Below, in pieces: positions 24,985 to 39,248 of a DNA stretch of 64,000 nt. How positions within the stretch are numbered: position 1 is the stretch's first letter; every line of letters starts with the position of its first letter. The notes beneath the pieces were generated by a model, which was not told the DNA's origin, did no database searches, and saw nothing but the letters and a program-made list of their open reading frames with translations. This stretch comes from Octopus vulgaris (Eukaryota): assembly GCA_951406725.2 (NCBI GenBank), contig OX597821.1:97030001-97094000 (forward strand), written 5' to 3'. The position numbers and the translations under genes were made by a program.

Positions 24985-26636
24985 GTATTTCGTTTGTCCC
25001 CACCGTCGTTTAACGATCGGTGCTATTTCGTTTACATCCTCACAACATTACGGTTCGGTAAAAAGAGTACAGTAGAATAAGTACCAGACTTTTAACAAAA
25101 CAAGTTCTTCGGTCGATATTTTTCGATTAAACTTTTCGAGGTAGTGCCCCAGTTTGGCCGCAGCCCAGTGAATGAAACCAATAAAAGATAAAAAAGAAAG
25201 CATATACACGCAACATGCACATACACACATTTCAGGTATACACACACATATGCACATGTACATGCACACGCTGCCAGTCTCTCAGTTTCTATAATCAGGT
25301 AAAATCCAAAATAGAATAAGCGAAAACAAATATGAAACAAGCAAACTGAAAAACAAAGGATATATATATAAAAAAAAAGAAGAAAGAAAAAAGAACAAAA
25401 CAAACCAACAAAACAAACCCACGAAATACTATTTCGAAAGCAGACTGGAGCAAAATGTCAAACGAAGGTGATTCACTCAATTGAAAGAACGGAAAGGAAG
25501 TGAGTAAAGAGTGTAACACGTCTGTGAGAAGAAATATATAGAACAGAAAGGAACAATAACAACAGAAAGTTCTTTCAACGAAAGATCTTGGCCAATAGAA
25601 TTTGAGTGTGAAAAGGCCGAGAGAAAGGCAAGCAAGATAAGCGAATGCTACAACGTAAAAATAGAGCGAATATACAAACAGGCGCACGCACGCGCGAACA
25701 ACGAAGAGATGAAACTTGATCCGTTTGTCTGAACTCAGCTGAATCTAAACAGAATATGGTAAATGGCATCGAAAACTGCTTGCTTGAGAGGCCGCTATAT
25801 TTTATTCCATTGGCTCTATCCAAACATCACCAACCAGCCAACCAACCAACTAGCCAACCAACTAGCCCCACCCAGGTCAAGGGGGGTGGGGTGAGAAGTA
25901 GGAGCCTCAAACCAACTAGGAAGACACTAGCCAACAACGAGATAGCCAGGAGTCTCTTAGTAGTCGTTCGACCTGCTAGAAATAGCAGCTATATCTCTAT
26001 CGAATCACACCTGCGTTTGTGTTTTTTTTTTCTTCTTTGCTTTTCTTTTTTAAATGTTCACAATGGATAATGTAGTTCTTGATACAATGTCTGAATAAAA
26101 ACCAGGATAGTCACGGCGAGGGACCCATTTGAGAGGGTTTAAACCATGATATTTACCAGGACATCCGGGATCCATTACTATAAAGTTAGTACGTAATTAA
26201 ATAACAAGCACCAGGGCTGTTGAATAGCCTTATTGCCCTGGTGCAAAGCAATGCACTAGGGTCCATAATATTTGTTGTTTGACAGCATATATATGTTGGT
26301 ATTGGCTCCCAAGACCCAGTGCAGGCCCAAGACAAGTATTCAGTGTGCATTGCCTTAAGGCAGCACTAGTTGATATGTATGTGAGTGCGCGTGTCTGTGT
26401 ATGATAGTGAATTGTCTAATACACATCAGAGAAAGCAGCCTTCCGCGGGAGTTCTGCGATACTTGAAACAGTAATATCTTTCAATGTAAATGTCTTTGAA
26501 AAACCTTTGGGTAAAACAAGCGGGAAATTGGGTAAAAGGAGGCAATGTTAATAAATGGAAACAAGAAGAAAAGAAATTGTGTTAGCTTACGTAAGTTGTT
26601 TAATAATCCTATAATATTTTGGAAAAGATAACCCTT

Positions 26637-27599
26637 GGATCTTTTCTTTTTGAAGGCCAGTTAACTAAAAAATTTGAAACTTCGTATACTGGTAGAATGT
26701 GTCAAAAAAAAAACCATTATTGTAAACAAAATTGAAAACAAAATTGTAATTCGTAACTTAAACGTAGTTTAATTTTAAGAATTTTAACCAATGAAATCGC
26801 AGCATTCGAGCTCAAATTATTTACCTCTTCTTCTGTCTTCTACATGTGCTAGAAATAACAGCTATATCTCTTAAATCGATTAATTTTGTCGCCCAATAAA
26901 AATATTAACGATATTTTTTTGAATATTTTCTTTTTTTCTTTTTTACCGAAAAGGCTTCTCCCATGGTTTTGAAGGGCCAGAAACAACAAAAACAAAACAA
27001 TAATATTCCTAAATCGGTCCCGAGTTTGCGCGTGGAGTGTGAGTCGTATTGTAAAAATTTGCGAAATATATTTTCATAAAAGGATGCCCCCAGCTTGTCG
27101 GAAGCTGTGATATAAATTGGGAAAAAAAATCCTCGACACCAGTGCGTAATTGGTACTTAATTTATCGACCCCGAAACGATGAAACATTGACCCCACCCCA
27201 CCTTCTGTGCAAATTTGTTGCGGCAAGTGGCAAAACACCGAACGTGTATTTTTGCTTGTGTGCGTATGTGTGTGTATGTATATGTCCGTTTGTATGTGTG
27301 TGTACGCTTATATATTAATTACTATGTGCTTGTGCAAATGTGTGTGTCGTGCGTCTGTTATATTTCTTTATCAATTTCGATAACGCAGCAATGTTGGGAT
27401 TTCATTGGTTAATATTCGAAGATGTTGGGATTTCATTGGTTAAAATTCGTAAAAATTAAACTACGTTTAATTTACAAATTACAATTTTGTTTTCAATTTT
27501 GTTTACAATAATGTTTTCTTTTGACACATTCTACCAGTATACGAAGTTTCAAATTCTTTAGTTAACTAGGAAAATCTGGCCTTCAAAAAGAAAAGATCC
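26637..27599. mobile_element. Non-autonomous DNA transposon, TIRs of about 170 bp, 8-bp TSD (Merlin/Mutator-type)
   Basis: Termini GGATCTTTTCTTTTTGAAGGCCAG and CTGGCCTTCAAAAAGAAAAGATCC; TAACCCTT at 26629-26636 and 27600-27607. Confidence 0.85.
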
Positions 27600-28015
27600 T
27601 AACCCTTTTCAAATCGAAGAAAAGTTAGTACGAAGAAATGTGTTACTTCTGTCATGTATATTTCCAGGGACCCGAATTAGTTAACAACGCTAGCTTTCAC
27701 ACCCACTCAGATACATTAGCAGATGAACTTCAAAAATGTTTCGTCGCACTACTTAAGGTTGGTAGGACGTGTTAAGAAAGATATTTAAGGGGTTGTTGAG
27801 CATATTAGAAATTTCTTGTTTGTTAGGATTAAACATCAAACATGTGCTGGCTCTTGTTGTCATTGTCGTCGATAGTGATGATGAATAACGAATGATAAAT
27901 GACGTTTAAAAAAGAATATTGAATGATAAAACATATGCATGCGCGTATCCTGGTGATTGTAGGGGTGTGAAACTTGAGTCGGGAAACAAACTTTCAGTTT
28001 TAATACAAAAAACTA

Positions 28016-28397
28016 TGGAAGCACTCCGTCGGTTACGACGACGAGGGTTACGGTTGATCCGATCAACGGAACAGCCTGCTCGTGAAATTAACGTGTAAGT
28101 GGCTGAGCACTCCACAGACACGTGCACCCTTAACGTAGTTCTCGGGGATATTCAGCGTGACACAGAGAGTGACAAGGCCGGCCCTTTGAAATACAGGTAC
28201 AACAGAAACAGGAAGCAAGAGTGAGAGAAAGTTGTGGTGAAAGAGTACAGCAGGGATCACCACCATCCCCTGCCGGAGCCTCGTGGAGCTTTAGGTGTTT
28301 TCGCTCAATAAACACTCACAACGCCCGGTCTGGGAATCGAAACCGCGATCCTACGACCGCGAGTCTGCTGCCCTAACCACTGGGCCATTGCGCCTCC
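28016..28397 (-). mobile_element. SINE family A
   Basis: Full-length reverse copy. Confidence 0.9.
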
Positions 28398-28599
28398 ACT
28401 ATACACACACACACACACACATACACACACATACATACATACGTACTTACATACATACATACACGCGCGTGTTATTATCATCAGCATGACTTAGTTTCAC
28501 GAAAAAAGATTCATGATTCACGAAGTGATGTTGCCAAGTTCACGGCAGGCTATCTGAAATTAAGTATTAGGATGATGGAAATATTTAGAAGAAAGCTTT

Positions 28600-28900
28600 A
28601 ACGCTGGAAGAAACCAGTGAACGCTAGTTGGTGACTTTATTTCGTTTTCCTTTTCGACGTTGCTATTTATACTTGCAGTACCATTTGTTGTTCTTGCTAG
28701 AACTGCACACAGCTGTCCTTGCACAAATAGATTAGTTGGGAAGAGCAGACCTATTTTACTCAATGACTGACTTTGACATTTATCAACTTTTATTGCGAAA
28801 GTCACTCGAACTGGAAGATCTAATTGCATAAGAATTAACAGTAGAATGGCGTCAGAAAATCTCAGTTTAATTTTTGGCACAATGACATGGTTTTCACATT
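28600..28900 (-). pseudogene. Decayed Helitron PIF1-like helicase C-terminus
   Basis: PKIKL..LPVRVTFAIKVDKCQSQSLSKIGL..FVQGQLCAVLAR aligns by eye to QFPVRLAFAMTINKSQGQSL..HGQLYVALSR. Confidence 0.75.
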
Positions 28901-29139
28901 CAGCTTCGGTAACAACGATGTTTCTTATGTAAATAGTTTATTCAAATAATTGTTCTCTTGAAAAAGCCTAGAGCTTCATTTAAATTTCGCAGTAACATTA
29001 GAACACATTTGAATACATCACATTTTGAAGTTGAAACAACGAAGGTGTACCTTCTATTACATATACGATGGCTTAGAAACTCCATTTGATAAATGTGTCG
29101 ATTTTTTCATCATTTCAGGAATCAATACTTTTGTAAGTA

Positions 29140-29521
29140 GGAGGCGCAATGGCCCAGTGGTTAGGGCAGCGGACTCGCGGTCATAGGATCGCGGTTTCGA
29201 TTCCCAGACCGGACGTTGTGAGTGTTTATTGAGCGAAAACACCTAAAGCTCCACGAGGCTCCGGCAGGGGATGGTGGTGATCCCTGCTGTACTCTTTCAC
29301 CACAACTTTCTCTCACTCTTACTTCCTGTTTCTGTTGTACCTGTATTTCAAAGGGCCAGCTTTGTCACTCTCTGTGTCACGCTGAATATCCCCGAGAACT
29401 ACGTTAAGGGTACACGTGTCTGTGGAGTGCTCAGCCACTTACACGTTAATTTCACGAGCAGGCTGTTCCGTTGATTCGGATCAACTGGAACCCTCGTCGT
29501 CGTAACCGACGGAGTGCTTCC
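29140..29521 (+). mobile_element. SINE family A
   Basis: Full length; 12-bp TSD acttttgtaagt at 29127-29138 and 29522-29533. Confidence 0.92.
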
Positions 29522-29618
29522 ACTTTTGTAAGTGACTGTCATTATCATCGTCTCAAGAATCAATGTATATCATGCTGTTGATTGATTATTTCATAATCTT
29601 TCATGTAATTATTTAATA

Positions 29619-30015
29619 CTAGCAGTATCGCCCGGCGTTGCTTTGGTTTGTTTCGACCCTTTAGAATTGGAATTTTTGAAAAGTAAAAAATTTGCATTGT
29701 GTAGCTTGTTATTCTCTTTAAGTGAACATTTTCCTGGTTGAAATACACCGAAAAATGGCGACACAGCAGTCATAAAATCGTAAAAAATAGGGATTTTCAT
29801 AGAAAAAAAAGCACCTTTGTGATGTAAATAATTTTTGGTCTTAACATGGTCCAATTTGAATTTTTTTTTTCTTCTACGGAAGGAAGAGCAAGCCTTCTTG
29901 TATCATACTCTCAATTTTGGTCAACTTGCGCCGTAGGGTCTCGGAGGAGATAGTGTTGGTTGAAAGCTACCAAACCTGCCATACACAGACAACTTCAGCT
30001 TTATATATAGAGAGA
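29619..30015 (-). mobile_element. Non-autonomous Helitron
   Basis: Minus strand A|TCtctctatatataaagctgaagttg...gcaacgccgggcgatactgCTAG|T, no TSD. Confidence 0.8.
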
Positions 30016-30213
30016 TTTACTCTTTGATGGCATGAAAATGTGTTTTCAAGAGATTTCTGAAACATGTATCTTAGGTAGGGAATCGTAATGCTCAGTCTGT
30101 GTAATTTTCATGATCAGATGGGCTACTAAAAACTTAATTTACCATTTCATGTTCATTCAATATATTCTTGACATCACTTTAAACATTCAATAATATTTTC
30201 AACAAGAAGCATA

Positions 30214-30384
30214 GGCGTAGGAGCGGCTGTGTGGTAAGTAGCTTGCTTACGAACCACATGGTTCCGGGATCAGTCCCACTCCGTGGCACCTTGGGCAAGT
30301 GTCTTCTACTATAGCCTTGGATCGACCAAAGCCTTGTGAGTTAATCTGGTAGACGGAAACTGAAATAATCCCGTCGTATATATG

Positions 30385-30448
<64 letters not shown>

Positions 30449-30896
30449 CGCGTGTGTATGTTTGTGTGTCTGTGTTTGTCCCCCCAACATCGCTCAATCG
30501 AAGGAGAGGAGCTTTCTCCGTCCGGGTTGCGGATCCGTGGAACAAGCTGCCAGACGAGATGGTGAAGACGCCGACGACCGCTTTGTTCAAAGTCTCCCTT
30601 GGCCTCAAGTGGCCTGAACTCTTTACATGAACACCACCCTGTACTTAACTCCATGTCCCCCTACATGGCCTTGCTTTTTTGCTTTTGAGCCAAAATTAAC
30701 TAACTAACTAACTAACAACCGATCTTGGTGTGTTTACGTCCCCGTAACTAAGCGATTCGGCAAAAGAGACCGATAGAATAAGTACTAGGCTTACAAAGAA
30801 TAAGTCCTGGGGTCGATTTGTTCGACTAAAGGCGGTGCTCCAACATGGCCACAGTCAAATGACTGAAACATGTAAAAGAGTAAACAGTAAAGAGAG
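30214..30896 (+). mobile_element. SINE family B hosting a CR1 fragment
   Basis: B sequence interrupted at catcgct|..|aaccgat. Confidence 0.85.
30495..30716 (+). mobile_element. 5'-truncated CR1-clade LINE with (TAAC)n tail
   Basis: NRRRGAFSVRVADPWNKLPDEMVKTPTTALFKVSL; same family as 1855-2117. Confidence 0.85.
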
Positions 30897-30966
30897 TAAC
30901 AGTAAGCAGAATTACAGATACTATTTATGGAATTTTTATTTACTGTCACGTGACTGTACCAACCCA

Positions 30967-31025
<59 letters not shown>

Positions 31026-31028
<3 letters not shown>

Positions 31029-31338
31029 CCATTCCGAAATATAACAATATATATATATATTGTTATATTTCGGAATGGTCATTTTGCCAGTTTAGCCAAT
31101 AAAAACACACGCACTATATATTTGGTGTTACTTTGCTTCAGTGTTATTTATTTTTTACATTAATCTTAATCTTATTTCGGCTAGAGTTCTTTCGTCACAC
31201 TCCTGTGACCGCATCAGTGGTCCTTTGTTTTCTTCTTTCTTATTGGCTAAACTGGCAAAACGACCATTCCGAAATATAACAATATCTGTTTCAACACACG
31301 ACTTCACATAAGAAATATTACACAACAAATATATAAAC

Positions 31339-31399
<61 letters not shown>

Positions 31400-31616
31400 T
31401 GTATGTATGTATGTATGTGTGTGTGTGTATTGTTATATGTAGCGATGGTCATATGTTTTTTTCGTTTTGCCAAATAACCACGCACTGTATACTTGTTTTC
31501 ACTTCAGCTTTATTATGATTCTTATATTAGTATCTTTTGACTGAAAATTTTCGTCGCACACCCTGTGACGTCTTCAGCGACTCTGCATCCTACAAATCTC
31601 TTCCTCTTCTAAAACA

Positions 31617-31620
<4 letters not shown>
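31026..31620. mobile_element. PLE-like terminal fragments with inverted ends and degenerate hammerhead cores
   Basis: Palindrome 31026-31081; 31059-31100 inverted against 31241-31285; minus-strand CTGATGC/CTGAAGA, gtcaca stem, GAAA at 31190-31217 and 31549-31577. Confidence 0.55.
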
Positions 31621-31657
<37 letters not shown>

Positions 31658-31661
31658 TCAA

Positions 31662-32069
<408 letters not shown>

Positions 32070-34076
32070 AATTTTAGTCGAACGAATCGACCGTAGTACT
32101 TATTTTTTATATACGTCTGGTACTTATTCTATCGTTTCTTTTGCCGAACTGCTAAGTTATGGGGACGTAAACACGTCAACACCGATTGTTAAGTGGTGGT
32201 GGGGGGGGCAGAGGTTTTCTGTAGTTGTGATGTTCCCTTCATCTATGTCCTTGTGGCTAATAAAAGAAATTATAATGTTTGTTGTTGTTATTTCAAATTT
32301 TGGCTCAGTATTTACGTTTACATCGCGCTCCGAGCATAAACGATGAATGACAATTTGAATGTCCTTTGTAAACGTTCTTTCAAAATAATACATGAATAAT
32401 CTCATTATGAGACATTTTGCTGAAAGGTTCATCGAACTGGCGCCAGTATTACACAATCACAAAGGTTCGCGAGAGGAGAAAAGTAACAAATTTCTGCCTT
32501 GCCAAGAACACAGCAGGCTTTCTTGTTCTATCTGGTCAAGGATTGGAGATAGCTCTGGCAGATATTTTCAGTAAAATATCTTTCAGAGAGAGAGAGAGTG
32601 GGGCGAGATAGAGACGGAGACGGAGACGGAGACAGACAGACAGACAGGGAGTGGGAGAAGGGGGAAATATGACACTGTATTTGTCATTCTTAAAATAGTG
32701 GACATTACAAAATCACAACCCTAAATAGTGCACTTGCATATACGCTAGTATTTTGGAAATAGAATCATAAAGGGGGTGGCCACCGACAAGGAACTTGGAG
32801 ACAATATCGCCACCTGGCTAAAGAGCAGGTAGTCAGTTAAGATGTAACGTTTGGCGATGAGATTGCTATGGATATTCAAATCGTCATAAGCCCGCAATGC
32901 CATAAAACGATACCAGAACTACGTTCTGAAGCGGTTACTGAGTGTAAGGCCTTAAAGTTCATCATCCAGAGTAGATAACGTAGCTGTTAAACGAGTGGAA
33001 GCAAAACCCATTTAAAGGTCTTCTACGAAGAAAGTCCAAAACGAAACAAAAAAAAAAAAAAAAACGACGACAAAAAAAATGGAGGCTTCCGTCCTAGGGA
33101 TGCAACGGACACACATCATACGTCAACAAATGAAATTGTTTTGTTCTCAGCAGCACGTCATGTGACACAAAAGTCTTCACTTCCAGCTCCAACCGGCGAA
33201 GTAAATGGGAGTCAACCGCCACAACAATAGCTAGTATTAAGCGACCAAGAAGTTCCTTTTCACAACAGCACCACTCTTTCTACTTACGAGGATGGGAACC
33301 AACGGTGACCTATGCGGATAAGCATATTTCGTAAAAAGAAAACGGAAAACCACGCAACAGAAACATTTTTTTAAATGGGGTACACTTGCAAAAAAGAAAC
33401 CTTTTATGTTGAGGAAGAACCTATGTCATAAAGACAAACCCATGTCTTGCAAGCTGAATCTAGATCCTGCTCTGAACGATATCAAGACCACTGTCATTTG
33501 AAAAATAACAAACCTCGGAGGCACCTATATAGCATACAAAGGAATATGCAAACGAATCACATATTCAGAAGGAAATGGGATTACATGTTGAACTGCATAA
33601 AAACAGATAGAATACTAGTTCGTATTTCGGATAGACTTCATGACGTGTTACGTTTCGAGGATCTAAAGGACTTGGGCCTGTACTTGCCCACTGTAACATG
33701 ACTGCTGTTCGCAGAATGTTTTGGAATCGCCAACCATGATCAATATTAGAAGGAAAGCAATGGAAGTGTAAACGTGGAATATCCTTGATCAGCCTATGTA
33801 GAGGTTTAATTTTTATATAATTATCTTGTTTAATTATTGTGTTTTATTTTGAGTTTTTAATATATATATTTCGTATAAACTTATGTGTTTTATAATTTTC
33901 ATTTGTCCCATATAGTATAGCGTGCTTCGTTCCTCCCCTCGCATTTTTTATAACTTAACCGTCTCGCATTTTTTATAACTTAACCGTCTCGCCGCACACG
34001 TCTTTGTAAAACATTTCTTTGTATTTTTTCTGTATCGCTTAGAGCACGTGGCTAAGAAACACGATTATTATTATTA

Positions 34077-34120
<44 letters not shown>

Positions 34121-34214
34121 TAGTATATTTTTTATATCGTGCTTTCACTTCACTACCGAGCGCAGCTCTGTGTGCCTTGGGTATGTGCTGTGATTTATTG
34201 TGATGCACATAATG

Positions 34215-34426
<212 letters not shown>

Positions 34427-34933
34427 GAGTGAGAGAGCAGCGCATGCCATCAAGGTGACACTGGAGTAAAATATAGGAAGCCCAGTATACCCATCATGAC
34501 TACCCGTCTGAGAAGGGTACTCCAGACACATGCATCACAACCATACTGCACAACATGGTGATCTCATATCAGGGTAAACAGCACATGACCTTGCAGGTGG
34601 GATCCAGTTAGAACTTTGTTCAGGTCGAGTAGCCCATCCCGCTCAAACGGTCCTTGAATAAGGGTTGTTTCAGGATGATGAACGAAACACTTGTTTCCAG
34701 GAGTGAATTATTCAAACCCCAAAGAATTCCTCTCAACACATGGCTTTGATGCTCCCCGATTACTTCTGCTCATGATCAAAGATGCACATATCGTCAGTCA
34801 CTAAGGAACATGTTCAACTGGTTATAGTCAAGCAACTGACAAGCAAATCTATGATATTGAGCAGAATATTTGCTGTAGCCCATCTCTTATACCATAGCAA
34901 TATATGTACATGTTAACACTTCCACTCAGTTAA
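34427..34933. mobile_element. Non-coding repeat family D abutting (ATT)n
   Basis: Homologous to 46089-46329 and 46646-47200. Confidence 0.8.
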
Positions 34934-34934
34934 G

Positions 34935-35150
34935 TCGATGAGCTGGCAGAATCGTTAGCGCGCCGTGGAAAATACTTAACGGCATTTCGTCCAACTTTTC
35001 GTACTAAGTTCAAATTCCACCGAGGTCGACTTTGCCTTTCATCCTTTCGGGGTCTATAAACTAAGTACCAGTGATGCACTTGGGTCGATGCAATCGACTT
35101 GTCCCCTCCCACAAATTTCAGACCTTGTGCCTATAGTAGAAAGGATTATT
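34935..35150 (+). mobile_element. SINE family C, tail type 2, ending in (ATT)n
   Basis: C head and core plus ccttgtgcctatagtagaaaggattatt; further copies at about 36975, 37184, 41443, 41754, 41980, 46414, 47262. Confidence 0.8.
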
Positions 35151-35276
35151 ATTATTTTTTTTTTTCTTCTTTCAAATTTGCTTCCATTTCTTGCCGAGTG
35201 TCTCCCCGACTCCTAGGGCAAAGAAACTCATAGTATACATTGGTAGGCCATTAAACTAAACTCACTAGTTCGTTCA

Positions 35277-35407
<131 letters not shown>

Positions 35408-35759
35408 TTCGATAGTTTCATGGGAACTTCTACTGGTGCAGCTCCGTGTTCCTGGTGTGTATGTAACATCGTGCACTTATTTTTGTGGGGAGAGGGAAGA
35501 ATATAGAGTTCTTATTTTCGCATAATGCATCAGTTTGTTTTGTTATTGGTTTTGGTTTATCGTTTCTTGTTATATTGGTATATTATTCTGTTATGCATGG
35601 TGTGTACGTAATGTGAGTTGTGCTGTTTTATTGTGTATTAATCTTGTAGAAAATATGATGCGCAAATTCTGTGGTTTTTATTTGTGCTATAGTATGGAAT
35701 CGATAGAATATTGCACAGGTGAGCTTTTCTTGGCCCAGTTATTTTTTTGGAGTGTTTAG

Positions 35760-36720
35760 CGTTGTGAGCACTGGTGTGGTATGGTTTCATTATATTTTAA
35801 TCATACCAAAGTTTCATTTACTATTGGTAGTGCTTTCATTCTCATGCCGCATTTCTTGAATATTTCAATTTCAATGCTTTTGTATTTTGATACTTCTTCA
35901 ACTGCTTCCAGGGCAATATTTTCGTTAGAAGGAATTTCGATGTCTGCCGTTGTACATGTATTTATTTTCTAGACATTTATCATTTCTGGACTGTTTGCCC
36001 TCATCTCTTGGTCAGTTATAGTAGAAATATTCCAGATTATTGTAGCCAGATCGTTGTCATGTACCATGTTTGATGCATGTTTGTACCATTTCTTGTTTGT
36101 TTTCCCCAAAAGATAGAGCTGTGGAGACACATGGCCTAATGATTAGAGCAGCGGACTCGCGGTCGGGGGATCGTGAGTTCGAATCTCAAACCAGGCGATG
36201 TGTGTGTTTATGAGCGAAACACCTAAGCTCCACGCGGCTCCCGCAGAAGGTAATGGCGAACTTCTGCTGACTTTCGCCACAACTTTCTCTCACTCATTCC
36301 TCCTGCATCTTGCAGCTCACCTGCAAGGAACCGGCGTCCCGTCTAGGTGGAGAACGCCACGGAAACTGGGAAACCGGCCCTTATGAGCCAGGCATGGCCT
36401 AGAAGGAACAAACAAAAAAGAGAGAGAGTTGCAGACTTAATCTATACACTCAGATTTGGTAAGGACTGGGCAACCGGAGATGATGCCAACAATGTCATTG
36501 CGTTGGTTGCACATTCCGCATTTGGTGCAAAGATCCACTTTCATTATTTTATTCATATAACTATTTGTAACTAGACATTGATGTTGTGAAGCGAGATTCA
36601 GTCCAACCCCGTTTTTGCTTTCAGACAAGCACTTTTGATCATCTGTTGACTTTCATTTTGGCTTATTTCTACTAAAGGGCATTGACCGTGCAGAGGTTGT
36701 CTCTGTAGCCATTTCATGCT
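35760..36720 (-). mobile_element. Decayed Dong/R4-clade RLE LINE fragment, interrupted by a SINE
   Basis: ..CTKCGMCNQRNDIVGIISGCPVLTKSECI..; homologous to 44590-45640. Confidence 0.7.
36122..36420 (+). mobile_element. tRNA-derived SINE with an A-like head and different tail (family E)
   Basis: Head shared with family A (agcggactcgcggtc..gagcgaaacacctaagctccacg); tail ggaaactgggaaaccggcccttatgagcc. Confidence 0.7.
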
Positions 36721-37951
36721 GTATTGTTATCTAAATTTGTCTCAACGTAACCTGTTTCTGATTTGAACTTTATCGCTCTTTTGTGTAAAGCAAAAAGATT
36801 TTTGGCAGAATCTTTAGAGCGTCGGAAAAAATACTTTGCTGTATGTTTCTGACTTTGTACATTCTGAGTTCCAATCCAGTCAGCTTTAGCATTCATTCCT
36901 CCAGCCAGATGCTAGGCTGATATTACGGATTAAGACCCCACATCCAAATTGCTGGCTTTATACCAGATATTTAAAGCGGCGACCTGGCAGAATCATTTGT
37001 TGTGTCGGTCAGAATGCTTAGCAGTATTTCTTCCGACTTTTAATGTTCTGAGTTCGAATACCGTCAAGGTCAACTTTGCCTTTCATTCTTTCGAGATCGA
37101 TAAAATAAAATACTTGTCAAATACTTGGTTGAAATAATCACTTAAAATTGCTGGCCTTATGCCAAAATTAGAAAGAATATTAAAGGCAACGAACTGGCAG
37201 AATTGTTACCGCGTCGGACAAAGTGCTAAGCGATGTCTCTTCCGGCTTTATGTTTTGAGTTCAAATTCTACCGAGGTCAATTTGCTTTCATCTTTTCGGA
37301 GTCAATGAAATAATTACAAGTCAAGCGCTGGGAACAGTCTAATCAACAAGACCCCCTCCCCCCACCCCAAATATCAGACAGACTTTGTACTTATAGTTGA
37401 AGGAATTATTACTATTGTTATAATTGCTGGTCGTAGAACAAAGCTAAATTGGATAAATTTGTGAGTTCGCGGCTTGACAGAAACAGAATTAAGACCAAAC
37501 GCATGGACGTTTGTCATGCAAACGATATCCTGGTTAAATTGCATACCGGCTGATTTAGTTCTAAACTCAATCTATAAAAGAACTTTATAAAGGGTAACTG
37601 GCACGAATCTCCCCTCATCTAGAAACTGTCCGTCATAACGCTGTACCTGAAAACTAGAACGGAAGTAACCACTTCGGCGTTGCAATACTTTAGATGGGAA
37701 TGCTTATCCATAGGAATATTAAAGTAAATTCAATATAGCTATTCCAGAAGGGTATGCGGTTCCCCCCACCATCACCAATGAATTAGTCTAGAGAGAGGGA
37801 AGGACATTTCTGGGCTATTAGCAACAGAAGGGTAATGCTCCGATACTCGTGGAAGAAAACTAGAAAGTTCCGAATGCTTGCAGAATAAACTCCGCAAAAG
37901 GCATTCAATGACATAGGAGTTGGAGTTCAATCGGTTGACGAATTCAATCTA

Positions 37952-38162
37952 CAGGGTGCGGCAGAAATACCTCCCACATTTGAAAGGTTGACAAAAGGAA
38001 AAAGAAACAACAGTTATGAAAAATTAATTTTACTGATGTTTAAACAAAGAGTTACAGTTTTTGCTCATTAGCTAAATGAAAACATAATTGGCACTTGCAT
38101 AAGTTCATTTGCAAGAAACAGGTGATTGTTTAAAATGTGGGAGGTATTTCTGCCGCACCCTG
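37952..38162. mobile_element. Tc1/mariner-type MITE (211 bp)
   Basis: Perfect 30-bp TIR CAGGGTGCGGCAGAAATACCTCCCACATTT; TA on both sides. Confidence 0.92.
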
Positions 38163-38213
38163 TATAAACGCAAGACCTCAAAACAAAAGGATCTTTTGAA
38201 AGCCCAATCTTGA

Positions 38214-38423
38214 TTAGCGCGCCGGGCGAAATGCGTAGCCGTATTTCGTCTGCTGTTACGTTCTGAGTTCAAATTCCGCTGAGGTCGACTTTGCCTTTCA
38301 TCCTTTCGGGGTCGATAAATAAAGTACCAGTTTCGCACTGGGGTCGATATAATCGACTTAATCCGTTTGTCTGTCCTTGTTTGTCCCCTCTATGTTTAGC
38401 CCCTTGTGGGCAATAAAGAAATA
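38214..38423 (+). mobile_element. SINE family C, tail 1, 5'-truncated
   Basis: Similarity to 765-993. Confidence 0.85.
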
Positions 38424-38638
38424 TATAATTTTAATTAAAAAAAAATTTTTTAACAATAGATGTAGGTGTGGCTGTGTAATTAAAAAGCTTGCTTCACAAC
38501 CATGTGGTCTTGGGTTCAGTCATGGGTTTGTGTGTGCGTGTGTGTGTGTGTGTTGCCAAAAATGTACAACTCTGAAATGAATACGTATGAGAATATTAAT
38601 ATATTTTTTAGCTTCAGTTCGGAATAATCTATTATTTT

Positions 38639-38676
<38 letters not shown>

Positions 38677-39191
38677 GTCCCGACAGTAGTTCTGTTCTTT
38701 TCTTTAATTGCATGTCAGTTTTGGAAAATCCTTGATTCTTGAAATTGTCTCCCCTCCTATGACATCCTCAAAAACCTAAGATATATAGTATTTGATATAT
38801 CTCTATTTGTCAGTCGTTCAAATATATTCCACTGATCATTCTACGTCATTTCTCTCAGCTTGATTTTGTTTAAATTATGCTAATTAGCATGGCCATAAAT
38901 GTGTTCAAGACGTTTTGTATAAGCCGAAGTCCATTAACCGTCAGATATAAGTTTCGAATGTTACAGTGTTGATTATGGCTATGGACCCAGAAACACGTGT
39001 CGATGAATGTTCTCTTATCTCCAGATAACCCAGTCGTATACCTTAATAGTATGTCAATTTTGGAGAATTGTTGATACTTGAGATAACCTATCCCTTCTGT
39101 GACACCCGGTAATTGAAACACATCCTCTAGAGCCGGAGATGATTTCAATAAATCGTGAATGTATGTTGTATATTACATATGTATATATATA

Positions 39192-39248
<57 letters not shown>

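Noticed and set aside
32770-33760. Possible LINE ORF1 relic with a decayed zinc knuckle
   Set aside because: Too many stops and too little similarity to support by eye.
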